This document shows positions 61,734 through 64,000 of a DNA stretch of 64,000 nucleotides, in pieces. Position 1 is the stretch's first letter. Every line of letters starts with the position of its first letter. The DNA is from Ostrea edulis. Its lineage: Eukaryota. The stretch is from the NCBI RefSeq assembly GCF_947568905.1, contig NC_079169.1, positions 36,456,001-36,520,000 of the forward strand, in the 5' to 3' direction. The translations under genes and the position numbers were made by a program. The notes below the pieces were generated by a model. The model saw only the letters and a program-made list of their open reading frames with translations. It did not search any database and was not told the DNA's origin.

Positions 61734-64000
61734 CTACAATATGAACCAATATGTGTCTTACTACAACCAAGATCATTATTATTTATACCAAATGACTGGA
61801 CATATCCATACCTACAATGGCTGTTCCTAGTCATACAATGGCTGTTCCTGGTCATACAATGGCTGTTCTTGGTCATATCAGGAATCTGCCAACTAGAACT
61901 AGTGGAGTTCCATCAAAGATTTTGCTACAAGAATTTTCAATCTGTTACAACTGAAGAAAGAGATGACATTTTCCCCCTCAGATGTTAAAGACGAGGTGAA
62001 GATAGATGACACCGATTTGGACTGCTCACACTCGCGGAGAGGATTGCAGCTGATTAGAGAGTACAATGACAGGTGCTGAGGACAATAAAGGGAGTACCCA
62101 ATAAATCCTTACAATCAAATGAAGAAACGAAGGATGATTTCACTGAGTATGAACAGTGAAGAGAAAAAGAAGCTGTTAACGAGTCATTACAATCTCTATA
62201 TCACTTTGGGCAACGTGATATTGGTTCGAAGGAAATGGTCAGCTACGCATGTGCATGGACGGTTAACCCAAAAGGCATCTCATAGCTTTTGATTTGCTGT
62301 TCAGATGTGTTGAACGATTCAGGTTCTAAGGAGCATCTTGTTATCTGGCTTGGTCAAAATATCATAACAGTTTTACACTTGTTTTCAATAAAAGCCACAA
62401 GAGACAAAATCATGTTATGTTTTAGCCATTGATTCCTTTCTACTCACACGTATACGCACGTCCAAAATAATTGCTTTTGAAAATCACCCAAGTGAAGCGG
62501 AATCAACCAAGTGTAGAGGATGTACATAGCTACTTGTCCGTACTTTTTAATTGCAGTAAAATTCGGGGATTTCAACACTGCATGGTGTGGTTTTAGTGTT
62601 CTTAGCTTGTAGACTTAAATCTGCCCCCAAACTCCCAATGGTGTCCGGTTTAATTCTGACGCATTTTAATCTAAATGTCAATCTAGAACTAAAATTCACT
62701 GCCGTCGTCAATTGCATGATGTCCAAAATGAACTCGTCTCTGTACTTTTGGCAAGTGCAAAACACTTATACACGTATTGTACATGTACTTAATAAAAAAG
62801 AATGTCGATTTCGCTGATCCGTAGTGGACCGACATTGTTAACTAAAATAAAAACACCAATTTCTAGTGGTCCCGCATCATCTATTTCTCAGCACACTCAG
62901 AGGTCCCCCTTCGGTGACAGTGATTAATTGTGGCACAAAACCTTTATACGAGTCCCGAAATTTATTACGCGGAACGCCTTTGGGAATAGTACTTTTTTAT
63001 TTCTTCTGATTTGGATCAAAATCAAACGTTCATTTTCGATATAGCTGTGGAATGTTTTATGTATTTTGTACTGAAGTTTTGCTTTGTTATGTAGCGAAAA
63101 CTACAATTTTTCATTATTTCCTGATGAAAGAGATTAAAGAATAACTTTATTTGATAACTGGCATGAAAACATTTACAATTATTTCAGATTCACCGGGACT
63201 TCACGCCATAGTTCTTTCAAGTCATTATGAAAAGAGGATTCATCATTTCTACCAGAAAATTGCTATCAAACTGTGAAATATCTTATCAATAGGAATAAAC
63301 TGTCAATATTTAGAAAAACACAAATTTGCAAAAATCCATTTTTGAGGACTGTCCTTACAATCAATATTATTTTGACAAGTTTTCGCACGAATTCCTCACG
63401 CTCTCGACTTGAATTTCATTACAAAATTGCTATTTGACAGCGGTGCAACACTTTACGGAGCAGACTGTGTGACAAATTGAATATCGGGAATGCTTGTCTT
63501 CCCTATCTGTTTAGTGTAGACTAATTGAGAATCAATACACAAGTAGAGTCATTACTGTATTAGACCTTTGATTATATCATCGTACTTATTAATTACTTAT
63601 ATACACACGGAAGTGTTTGATATCTAATAGCAACCTGAAAATATTAATTTTCTTCCATAGACACGATAAGAAATGCAAATAAATGAAAATGAACAAAATC
63701 CAATTTAAAAAATAAACTGAGGGAGAGAACACGCCCACAAGCAAAGATCAGCGGCTACGGAGGCCTAAAGAAGACTACAATGGTCGGCGGTTTTCGAGGC
63801 AGATTTGATTTCCAGGATTTCACACGGACAATCAATCAAATGGGGAATGACACCTGCCACTTGCTTGTGGCAAGTGAACTTCCTCTTTGTGACCAGATAG
63901 GTCAATTTAAATGGAATTTTTTTCTAAAGGAGAGAAGATGAAAAATATATAGATTGATTTTCATTATTGATTGCAATCTGGTTTGGGCATCGATTTGAAA

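Noticed and set aside
61683-62200. Possible coding remnant right of the LTR element
   Set aside because: The ORF starts inside the LTR, includes a 21-bp x3 repeat, has stops in all frames, and shows no recognisable motif.

Overview
AT-rich animal genomic DNA, most likely an oyster (Ostreidae). This is inferred from a Cg170/HindIII-type ~165-bp satellite inside Helentron-type non-autonomous elements; no database search was run. Two host genes lie head-to-head. The first is the first coding exon of ERGIC2 (- strand, 2130-2016). The second is a TMEM117 orthologue (+ strand; five core coding exons 14991-23189, 2028 nt = 675 aa + stop) with a long charged N-terminal extension and one or two candidate upstream in-frame exons. 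The rest is mostly repetitive: a full-length but decayed Ty3/Gypsy LTR retrotransposon (54459-61733, - strand; two 594-bp LTRs, CTAC TSD, tRNA-Leu PBS), many MITEs, SINE, LINE and Penelope-like fragments, and at least ten micro/minisatellite arrays that explain nearly all long ORFs in the track. Most unusual observations: (1) the Gypsy polypurine-tract position holds a 15-nt sense copy of the same tRNA-Leu that primes it; (2) the element carries an extra zinc-finger ORF behind a splice acceptor, with a matching donor in the LTR R region; (3) a 2.55-kb microsatellite runs exactly from a GT donor to an AG candidate acceptor in TMEM117; (4) a TMEM117 splice acceptor is tandemly duplicated five times.
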